A stretch of DNA of 64,000 bases from Asterias rubens (Eukaryota): the NCBI RefSeq assembly GCF_902459465.1, contig NC_047062.1, forward strand, positions 21,576,001 through 21,640,000, written 5' to 3'. How positions within the stretch are numbered: position 1 is the first letter of the stretch; the number at the start of each line of letters is the position of its first letter. This document shows, in pieces, positions 1-10,265 of the stretch. The position numbers and the translations under genes were made by a program. Under the pieces are notes generated by a model. It searched no databases, was not told the origin of the DNA, and was given only the letters and a program-made list of their open reading frames with translations.

Positions 1-583
1 GTTGAATCAGTGAAAATTATGTCACCAAAAACGTATCTGACTGTTTAAGAAATAAATGTTCAGTACCATCATCAATAAAATCGTTCAATCACTTTCACTG
101 CATGCTACGAATTAACATACGGCACACGCGGTAACTACCGTGGTGTGGTGCATGCAAGGTTTCAATAAAAAAGTTCCCCATAGAAGTGCCCCTAAGTTCA
201 AGACATGTTAACTGAAACATTCTCACATTGCCAAACTTACTATACTATTGAGTTCTATTTACTCACGAAATATACAGATTAATTTACAGGAACAAAGAAA
301 ACATTCACAATACATTCTAGACAATTTACATAATGTTACCAAATTTATTGAGTCGTCTATTCAGAACAATTTTGTCGGTATATGAAACAAGACAACATGA
401 GATAAACTGTTGAATTCTGTTTCCAGGATAACCAAATAAATGCTTCCGTTGCATGATGTCCATAAAATATTTTCCCCTCTTCTTTCCATAGTGTTGATTT
501 TGACAGTCGGGGCAATGGTAACTCAAACGTGGCGGACCAAAGATTGTTGCTGAGAAAGAACAAAAACTATACCGTCCAAAACA

Positions 584-997
584 ATGGAAGATTCGATACC
601 ACCGGCAGACGTAGAGGAGGCCTTTATTGGCAAATGGAAATCCGTCAAAACGGAAGGAATGGACGAATTTGCCGAGGTATTCAACATCGAAAAGAGCAAG
701 ATACCGGAGAATCCTTATTGTGAGTTGGACATCACTAAGGACGGTGAGGGCGCTTACATCATCGTGAATAAATCCGACGGAGGACTAAAAACTCAGCGAC
801 ACGAGCTTGGGAAGCCTTTGAAAGACAACATCATGGGACGGGAGGTGGATATTGTAACGATGTGGAATGGACGGAGGCTGGTCACGTCTAACGTCAAGGG
901 GGATTCGTCCCTGTCAAGGAGCGTTGTGGACGGTATGCTCGTGTGTGTTGTGATGACCAAAGACTTTACCATCACCACGACCTTTGAAAGATGCTGA
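584..997 (+). CDS. Fatty-acid-binding protein / intracellular lipid-binding protein-like, divergent, intronless CDS (137 aa)
   Basis: Single ATG ORF. It has FIGKWKSVKTEGMDEF (iLBP GxW motif plus helix I) and a C-terminal SRSVVDGMLVCVVM...TTTFER that aligns with the last beta-strands of FABPs. The length is typical of the family. Confidence 0.8.
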   Translation: MEDSIPPADVEEAFIGKWKSVKTEGMDEFAEVFNIEKSKIPENPYCELDITKDGEGAYIIVNKSDGGLKTQRHELGKPLKDNIMGREVDIVTMWNGRRLVTSNVKGDSSLSRSVVDGMLVCVVMTKDFTITTTFERC

Positions 998-2501
998 TCT
1001 TTTTATATATGAACCGTTATCCAAGACAGCGGTTCCAATAACATCGGGTGGCCCTATAGCTCAGCAAAATGCTGAATCTACCTGCACCCCTTTTTCATAA
1101 CTCGAAGAAAATAGTGCTCATTTGGGTTTCTTTTGCCAAAGATTGGCACAGCGTTTAAATTATGGGAACTTGTGATATTTTGTCCATTTTCGAAATGGAC
1201 ACAGGCATGATATTTGGTCAAAGGGGGGGGGCATTATTAGTTTTCAACTTTTTATGATTTTTCCATGGGCAAAAAAGTAGAAAGAATATCATGCCCGTGG
1301 ACGTATTGTTGATTTGCACTGTACAAACCAAACAGTCTGGTTTTAATGTCACTGTTTGCTATTAGGAATTGTGCTGAAATGGATCAAAATACATGGAGGT
1401 TTGTGACGTGCAATGTCAAGTTCACACGATACAATTTTATAGTCACATTATTTGTTACACTCCCAAACAAGAACAAACAAGTTTCAATGTTCGCATAATC
1501 TTCGGAAAAGTTTACGGGAATTACAATTTGGGTGGTTTCTTTTTTGCATTCAGTTATAAAGGGCCAGTTTCGGTCCAACAAAACCACTTTATGCGTTCAC
1601 AGGATGCCAGAATAGACTGCACTTTGAGCTGTGCTACAAGTGGACCGAAAATGGCGCCAGCAACCACGTGACTCCATGCCGCAATATTCTCAATACAAAG
1701 CTCTTGATTTTTTTGTAATTACCGGATTACGCCCCGTTATTGTATACTAGGTCACGACAATAATGTCAACTAATGTCTGATGATAGACATAATTACCAGA
1801 GGATACGGGTATTGACGTTTTTAGTCTTGCAAATATTGTGTTGTTGCTTCGAGGGTTGACCCTCTGGATTATAATCAGCTGTAAAATCAATAGCTTTGGC
1901 TTTGGTAAATATTATTGTTATCGTGTTCCGAAGGTGAAAGTCTATATAATTATTGACCTCAGATAACTGTGTTCTACTTTGTGTATACGGCTACGTACCA
2001 ACTCGTAAATGAAAGAAGAATTATTAATTGGACTATTAATCAAACATTATTTTATTGTACCTTGAATAATTCCATTTGGCGACATATTATGACAAGGGTA
2101 CAGATAGTTTAAAATCAACATGGAATAATCAATAAATATTGCGTATTAAACGAACAAAATTATTCTGTCATCAAAAAGAATGACGCCCCGCTAAATTGAA
2201 CAGAGTGCTAAAGGAATTTGACTCGACCCAAAACGAAATTGAATGGCCGAATTCTGAATTTGAAACGTAGTAACAACTGGAGAGGCAAAACAGCTTTAAT
2301 TCGAACGCATGAAAATGAAATTGACTGCTCATGTGCCGAATTTGACCGAGAAAGCCTATACTAAACGCAACATTTTGTGTGTCGGAAATTATCATATTTC
2401 AGATACAGCCTATAAGATAATTTGTCCGAAATTCGGTCAAAACCAAACCAAAATGGAAAAGTGTGTATATAAAACATTCTTATTGATTTCTGATTACAAG
2501 T

Positions 2502-2531
2502 CACAACAACAACAACAACAACAACAACAAC
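2502..2531. repeat. (CAA)n microsatellite, about 10 units
   Basis: Direct run of caa units. It explains the poly-Q end of ORF 2309-2536. Confidence 0.95.
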
Positions 2532-3070
2532 ATTAATATGCCTACCGGTAGGTCGGCCCTTCTATACTCGATTTGTTTCCCCATGGGAAATTGTTATAAT
2601 GCCTGTGTCTAGATGGTATAATAATGAAATCATTATAATGAGATAAAACGTTGTCAATTCATCGGTTCCTTTCAGTTTGTCCATTGCCTACATCGTGTCT
2701 CTGCAAATAAATCTCACCATAGATTGTATTCCGATGCCTCCCATCCATGCAAACTTTCAAGTCTTTAAACTCAAGTTTTTAATTCAATACGTTTTAAAGT
2801 TGCTGAGAAGAAAATTACTGTAATAGTTTTCGTGTGACAATTTGACAACAGTATGTGAAGTGAACCTTTCCTCATTCGTAGGAAAACGCTGTAGATCACG
2901 ACGTTTCGATAGCTTACTCTGCTCTTTGTTCAGTTCTGATTATGAGAGTTCACTGTTTGGAAAAGTAGCCCCATCAGTTAGTCACCAAGTTTTTGGAAAA
3001 GTCACCATCTAAGTTGATATTAAGGGTGAGTCTTGAAACTAAGCACCTGCTCATTCATGTGCAACATTGT

Positions 3071-3556
3071 TCAGTTAAGTTCCAATGGTTTTGCTGCAGG
3101 TTTTTCATCACTAACTTGTACAGCTTCCTCGAGTTTCTTGAAGTACCTCTTGGCTACCATCTCACCCAGTACCATGGTAAGCACAAGCTCCCCGTCTACG
3201 ATTTCACGTTCAAAACGCATCGACCTGCCCTTCGGAGCCGTATTCACGTTTTGCACCAGCTTCCCACCGTCAAAATCGGCCAGGACACGGTGCTCCCTCT
3301 CGCCCCACATCGGGTTGGTCTCGGGGTAGACCACGCCCAGCGTGAACGTCGTCTGCCGTGAGCCGAGCGGCGTCTTGGTGAGGAACTTGAAGTCGTCACC
3401 GGTCTGGGTGACCTCGATGGTGGTAGGGAGGGAACTGATGAGCTTACGTTTGATGAGGCCGACGCCAGCATTTTTCATGTACTCGTCGAAATTCTCATTT
3501 CTGTCCAGTTTCCATTTGCCGCTCAAATCTACATCAGTTGTATTTGCTTCAGCCAT
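3071..3556 (-). CDS. Fatty-acid-binding protein-like, intronless CDS (161 aa; start at MAEANTTD, not at the upstream 3652 ORF start)
   Basis: DLSGKWKLDRNENFDEYMKNAGVG...EREIVDGELVLTM...AKRYFKK are classic FABP/CRABP signatures. The ATG at 3556 lies in an AAAATGG context. A possible 5'UTR splice acceptor (tttctacag) ends at 3622. Confidence 0.92.
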   Translation of the reverse strand: MAEANTTDVDLSGKWKLDRNENFDEYMKNAGVGLIKRKLISSLPTTIEVTQTGDDFKFLTKTPLGSRQTTFTLGVVYPETNPMWGEREHRVLADFDGGKLVQNVNTAPKGRSMRFEREIVDGELVLTMVLGEMVAKRYFKKLEEAVQVSDEKPAAKPLELN

Positions 3557-4462
3557 TTTGCGAAAATGTATATCATTGGTGCAGCATGCGCTCAGGTTTG
3601 TGTTTGGTTGCTTCTTTACAACTGTAGAAATTTTGCAATGACCACAGAACAAAGTACAAATTGATAAAAATAGCTGAAAAATAGGAATATTGTTACCACG
3701 TGATTATCTATGTATGTCAATGGCAGGGGCGTGAATGCACCGTTTGGTCCTTGCTCTTTGGCTTGATAAACACAAATTGATGAACTTCGAAAAGACTTGC
3801 AAAGCCTTTATTTTTGTATGGCGCCCTCTATTGGTTGTTGGTGTTTATTGTCGCTCTGTAACGAATGGCTCCTAGCTTTCGAGGAAGCGAGTTGGGTTTT
3901 TCAAGAATATTAATTCTGTGTGTCACGGTTATGACACTAACAATAATTATTGCATCAGCCGTTGAAGGAAGATCTCATTTTGTGGGTTAAGGACGAACGA
4001 TCTTCAAAACCTCCTCCTCGACCCGGGTCAAGGTCCCGTGAGCCTCTGAACAATTTCTGGGTCAGTATGATCCAAGTCAAAATGACGCCAGAAAGTAGTC
4101 AGACACACGCAGAATAATCCTCTTTTTGAAAACCAGATTTAGGGTCAGCCTGACTCGAAAAAGGGTAAACATTTCACACTACCCCCTGGGACTCTGAATC
4201 CGGGTTAATTTTGACCAGGGAGTTTTTTAGAGTTTATTTCAAACCCTCTGAAGGTTCCAAAGTTATCCGGACCATATAATATATACTTGTAGTCGTATAA
4301 TATTGACGCTTTGAGCCGCCCCACATGTGACACTCCATGATATATATATATAAACAGAAAACATTCATTACAATAATAATTTCAAGAGCATTGAAATTTT
4401 ATTCAATATTTCTCAATGAAGGTTACTACTAGTCTACGCAATTTGCCAATAATAGTTTAAAC

Positions 4463-4790
4463 TTAAAAGGGGAGGTATACGTTTGGTATCACTCATAAAA
4501 TTTATGGCACAAAAACTGTTGGTTCAAGACGTCGTCATTGGCTTTCGATAATATGAAGCCTTCTGAGAAACGTTTCACTTTGAAGTATTGTGGATATTTA
4601 AAACGATAATGTTTTATGGTTGAATCTGAGAAGCGTTACTGCAGTAACACTTGTAAGATCCGGGTTTTAGACGAATTCTAAAAAATGCGACCACCTTTTG
4701 AAATGAAACTTTCTCAGACATCTACCATTTGTACAGGATTTTAAAAGCAATCGAACAGTTTGAAAGATCGAAGGTACACTTTGACTTTAA
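4463..4790 (+). mobile_element. Possible distant TTAA-flanked MITE
   Basis: TTAA at both ends with weak TIR similarity (GTATACGTTTG versus GTGTACCTTCG). The internal tgagaaacgtttcactttgaagt resembles family A. Confidence 0.4.
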
Positions 4791-4989
4791 ACAATAGGCC
4801 TACAGTCCTTCTGAAAACATTCAGAAATAAGTCAGTGTAAAAAACGTTTGGAAGCATCCACATAATGGCATATCCATCTAACACATTGGTTTGGTTGATT
4901 TTTTTTTTTTGATTTTTTTTTACTTTATTTTTTTATATATATAATATATATATATATATATATTTTTTTTTTTTTTGGGGGGGGTCATC

Positions 4990-5545
4990 GTTCGAAATGT
5001 CTTCTGCAAAACACATCAGTGTACAAAATGGCGGGTTGATCACGCCGTACGGCCGGAAGCATTCATGTCGTCACCATAATAACAAAATAGAGGTCAAAAT
5101 CCATGTATACACACAATCAAAGAGTTGGTTGCTTGAGTTATCAGTGCTTTCTATACTTTCAAAATGTAAATTAATATTCTGAGTGCAGAATACATCAGTG
5201 TATTAAAAGATGGCTGGTTCACCCCGCACGAAAGCATTCATATTGATTACCATACAAAAGTCAATATCCACACAAGCATAATAGACTTTGTTGATTGCAT
5301 TTTCATTGCTTTCTACGTTCGAATCCTGTCTGCAAAATACATAAGTGTAAACCTAGAAATGGTTGACTACCCGTACGGAAGAATCCATTATTGTAACCAA
5401 TGGTTAAGGATAGGGTTAGTTTGTATGGATACAAAATAAAGGTCAATATCCATCTACATGTAATGTATACAACCATAGATTTGGTTGATTGCATATTAAG
5501 TGCTTTCCCACGTTAAAAATGTATTCTGCAAAATCACCAGTGCAC
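4990..5545. repeat. Old tandem repeat of about 150-190 bp, 3-4 copies, between the second and third FABP genes
   Basis: Recurrent ctgcaaaa(c/t)acat(c/a)agtgta, gtcaatatcca and tttg(g)ttgattgcat blocks. Confidence 0.65.
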
Positions 5546-6214
5546 ATGGACACAAGCCAGTGCAACTTATTTATTTTTAACTGTAAAAAAAAAACGTAGA
5601 CAAACAAGAACCTTTGGCACTGCAAGTGTTTCTCCCCCTGCCTTGGCCCGCTTTGTTGACTCTGTGCAATCCTCATTATGATGGTGATTTTGTCCTTGTG
5701 GATAAACCATGGAGGATAAACCATGGATACACATCCCATGTGCATGCAGCCACAACACAGTGGGAACCAGCATGGAGGCAAGCCCCGTGTTATTGCAACC
5801 CATGACCGTGCATGCATGAACCTTCACACTCCATCCAATTATTAAGGGTTTCTAATAATATTTGCATGACTGTATAGAAGCCATTAGAAAAGCACCATTG
5901 CACCACTGGTTATAATTATATGACTGTGCCTTGATGATTTTAGCAGGCATCAATTTAAACTCTGTCTTTTTTGTTGTATTGATTTGAATATTGTATGGCA
6001 GAAAACACAATATAAGATGGCTACACACTACTAGATTATGGACCCCTATACATGTATAACTTACATAGAGACAAGACATTGTTCCTTTCTCTATGCGGAG
6101 TGATATTGGGACTAAGCTAGCCCTAAGACAGTTAGTGTCAATATCTGCTAAAGAATTCCACTGATTGGGAATGTTTTGCTTTCATTTGATAGTAGCTTAC
6201 TGTTTTGTGACTAA

Positions 6215-6470
6215 AATCAATCAATCAACCAGGAGACATTATATAGCGCACAGATCAACAACACAAATTCAAAGGCGGCTCAAGACAGTCACATGAAATT
6301 AATTACAAAATACACTTGTTGAAAAAGATAACATCAATTGACAAGTTTCTCGAAAATTATGAATACTCTGAGGATCCTTGGTCCATAACATGCAGGAGAG
6401 TGGGCGATCTGCAAATGACACATCATGGATTCTTGGCATGGCCTCGATAAACTGATACCATGTAGGAAGA
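6215..6470 (-). mobile_element. Degraded LINE 3' end downstream of the third FABP gene
   Basis: The minus strand gives the frameshifted fragments SFADRPLS and GPRI..FEKL, then gcgctatataat and a (GATT)n tail. Confidence 0.4.
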
Positions 6471-6597
6471 GATGTAATGTCCGGCTCCTGATTGCCTTCA
6501 TTGCCATGATGGTTAGTGGCAATAGCTGCTGAATGAGAATGATGTACTCTCCTATAGTATGACAGTGGGGTACTGATGTGAGATGCTATACCGACCG

Positions 6598-7041
6598 TTA
6601 TTGTGACGGTAGCTTCTTGAAGTATCTCTTCGCCACCACGTCCCCGTTAGTCATGGTGATAACCAGCTCTCCGTCGACGATCTCTCGTTCGATTGACATC
6701 GGCTTGTCCTTTGGGGCCGAAACCACCGTATGGACCAGCTTACACCCCCGCCACTCCGCCAGGACACGCTTCTCGTCAGTGCCTCCCATCATCGGGTTGG
6801 AGTCGGTGAACTCAACGCCCACCTTGAACGTCGACACGATGGGTCCGGCGACGGGTATCTTGGCTGTCACTTTGAAGTCATCGCCGTTCTGCTCCATCTC
6901 TACTACGGGTGTCATTGAGTTGATCATCTTTCGTTTGATTAACCCAATGTCCACGGATTTCAGGTAGGCGTCGAATTTCTCGTTTCTGACGAGTTGCCAT
7001 TTGCCGTTCAGATCCGCAGGTGGTGATGATGCGTCCGCCAT
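6598..7041 (-). CDS. Fatty-acid-binding protein-like, intronless CDS (147 aa)
   Basis: DLNGKWQLVRNEKFDAYLKSVDIG...EREIVDGELVITM...AKRYFKK. It is a clear paralog of the 3071-3556 gene, and the ATG has a CCACCATGG Kozak context. Confidence 0.93.
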   Translation of the reverse strand: MADASSPPADLNGKWQLVRNEKFDAYLKSVDIGLIKRKMINSMTPVVEMEQNGDDFKVTAKIPVAGPIVSTFKVGVEFTDSNPMMGGTDEKRVLAEWRGCKLVHTVVSAPKDKPMSIEREIVDGELVITMTNGDVVAKRYFKKLPSQ

Positions 7042-8514
7042 GGTGGAAATCTTACAAAGGAATGACCGTCTTTCTTTGTATAGCCATCTTTAGGCATAGA
7101 GGGCGCACTTTAAGTGACTCTCAATTTTAGGATCGCAATAGCCCAATGTACCTCCATGAATAGTAAACCAAGCATTATAAAACCTCGACTTTTTGGTGTA
7201 ATCTGTTACCATACATAATTGCCGTAAAAAATGTTTAATATTTTTCTCAAACTCTGACATCGAACCTTCAAGTTAGTGATCTATCTCCTGACACACAATT
7301 TCCTTCCTCCATATACCCAAGTTAACTCGTACCCTCTAAGTCATGTATGCGGGACTTGCGTACAATATTTTAATAATATAAAGAATTGCCATACTCAAAA
7401 CAAAATTCAGTGTTCCCTTTTTAAAACGATTTAGAAGAACAATAAATTCCCCATTGAAAAGCACTACAGTGGCAGTGTTGATGTACCGAGAACACTATTG
7501 CGACCCGTCCCTCACACCAACCTCCACTCTCCGCCCGACTCCCTGCTGCACCCCAACCCAAAACCAATACAGTCAGCTGTTATGGATTTGCATATTTTGG
7601 AGCTCCTGGTAATTTGGAGTTCATTAAATCAAGAGTCGTCTTCAAAGTTATCGTTTGGCAAAAAGAAAACAATGAATTCTCTTTTTTTTTTAAACCGTTC
7701 TTCTTATGGATTTTGATATAAAGGTTTCTGCCTCATAGATGGTTAAACAGGACGAGCAACAAACTGCTACAAACACCTCATACCACACAAACTGAATCAA
7801 GTTTTGTATGATCCGTATTTTCATGAAAGCTAAATAATTAGCCCATAATAAAGCTTGTGGCCAAACATTCCTGGTAGACAAACTTAAAAACGGCAGAGAA
7901 AGTTACAAGCTTCCATTTGAGCCATAACTCGAAAAAGTCCGCCAATTATTTGTAGCAGTGAAAAAAAGTGCTCAAAATTAGTTTTCGTCGGGATCCCGAC
8001 AATATATCACGTGACCAATTCTTATTTGTTTTAAAAGAAACGTTTTAAATTTGTGTCATGGTTCCTAACCATTAAAAGTAAAAGTTTAATTTTTTTTTTC
8101 GTTAGAGCGGGTGATACTCTTTGAAATATCATTCACTCGAAAAAAATCTGTTTTTTAATGTTTGGGGCCAAAAATCTGACATAGCATCTTTATTCTTTAA
8201 GTTGATGAGCTTGTGTTTTACGGATTGTTGATACACCACACACTCCCGATTAACTCATTTGCTCAAAGAATCATGAACAATGTATTATCATAACCGACAT
8301 AAACTCCTCTATCAGTGCGCCTCAATAAATTTGACAGAATAAATTATATTAATTTTGTCTGTGTTCAACACGAAATCATTAACAATTTACAGTCAGTTTC
8401 CCATGTGGCTTATTATAATTTTTTACATGAGAAAAATAGTTTGCAACATAAATTTCCACGTCATGGCCATGCAGGCGAATTCATCGGACTTCAGTTCAGA
8501 TGGCAAAGTCACTT

Positions 8515-9180
8515 TTAAGGCAGTGGACACTATTGGTAATAACTAAAAATAATTATTTGCATAAAACCTTTCTTGGTAGCGAGTAATGGGGAGAGGTTGA
8601 TAGTATAAAACATTGTGAGAAACGGCTAAAGTATTGTAGTTTTCGAGAAAGAAGTAGTTTTCCACGAATTTGATTTCGAGACCTCAGATTTAGAACTTGA
8701 GGTCTCAAAGTCAAGCATTTGAAAGCACACAACTTCGCGTGACAATAGTGTTTTTTCCTTCATAATTATCTAGCAACTTCGCGACCGATTGAGCTAAAAT
8801 TTTCACAGGTTTGTTGTTTTATGTTGTTTTTATGCAAGTCAGTGTTGTGATAGTTTGTTGGCGTGTTTGTTTGTTTGTTTGTTTGTTTGTTCGTTTTTTG
8901 TCTGTCCGTAGGTACGGGAACAAAAGCCTATGCCTAGATCTTGTCCCGTTTGTCATTATTTACTCAACTTCGGTGTAAATTGTTATTGTCTCGACTACAT
9001 CTGTGGTTTGCCATTATTTATTCATTATCATGTATATTAACTTTAATGATGTACACGTGTACACAAATGTAACTTTATGACATTGAAATAAATGTATTGA
9101 AATAAATTATGCATATGTCGAGATACACCAACTGTGAAGACTAGTCTTTGACAATTACCAATAGTGTGCAGTGTCTTTAA
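8515..9180 (+). mobile_element. TTAA-flanked MITE family A (Kolobok-like) with an internal insertion of about 270 bp
   Basis: Begins TTAAGGCAGTGGACACTATTGGTAAT and ends ATTACCAATAGTGTGCAGTGTCTTTAA. The body matches the copies at 31467, 34620 and 51460. The extra segment 8837-9106 sits between two TTATGCA repeats. Confidence 0.85.
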
Positions 9181-10265
9181 CTATAATTGCTTCTCTTCAC
9201 CCAGGAGTAAACGGTTACGAATGAGGGTAGAGATCGCCACACACCCATGTTGCATATTCCAAATGAGTTGAGATGGTTTCAGGAATGCAAGACTCAAATG
9301 AACAAGGGGAGAGGGTAATATTTTAGGCGCCTTGATACATTGCAAACGAGTCATGTGAAGTACGCCTTTAAGCTAAACAACAAACAAATTGAAAATTATA
9401 GCTGGGAAAATCGGGGCAAATCAGGCGGGTTGGACTCCACCCTTGAAACAGCCAAACAGTTATACTCTGCTTCTTTGGTTTTCACTACGAAACCATCATA
9501 AACAATCATTAGAAAAGACAACTTCAAAAACAATCGAGGCATGTGAATTAATAATGCTTTTTTTATTACTGACTAACACAGGTTTTAGTACATTTGAAAT
9601 TAATAAGACATAAATGTCAACATATTATTAATAAGTGGGATATATCTGTCTTCAGAAAAACCAAGCAAAGAACAAAGTGCAGAAATCGTGAACCTTCATC
9701 CAAGCAAGGTTCACTGTAGTTTCCAATCAAGTATGACCTAACCTAATTCTCACAATATAGGGGCGGCAAAACAAATTATTCCGCAATCTGCAAACAAATT
9801 GTCACATATTTTACTTCGAGAAAGTAATTCATTATCATCCGACACCAAAAGGTACAAGAAACAAAATAGATTTTCGAATCCTGAATACCTAATGGCTGTT
9901 TTCTTAAAATACAACTTCTGTGTATGTTAACACATCAACATCAAACTTGGAATATTACAGTGTAACCTTACATCTCCTGTTTATAATACTCCACATGGTT
10001 CCTAATACTGAGAAGAACTATACTAGTGAATTAATAAATCCATCACCCACACTTCAAGAAAACAAATCTTTCAAGACACATTTAGAATTTCTGTGAAATT
10101 TTTACGAAAAGAAAAGCAGCATACTTGAAAAACCCTGTATCCAAATTTTAAGTGATTACATCAAAATTTACGAGAGAAAAAAGGCTTCTATAACTACGCA
10201 GTGACTCAAAAAAAGAGCTTATGGTGTCAAGGCCATTGTAAAAATCAGGTTTTTCCGAGGAATTC

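Noticed and set aside
1048-1085. tRNA-like start GCCCTATAGCTCAG
   Set aside because: There is no T-arm/B-box or acceptor-stem partner, so no cloverleaf forms.
3557-3652. 32-aa N-terminal extension of the second FABP in the ORF track
   Set aside because: It starts at a non-ATG codon, has no FABP homology, and crosses a plausible splice acceptor. The ATG at 3556 is preferred.
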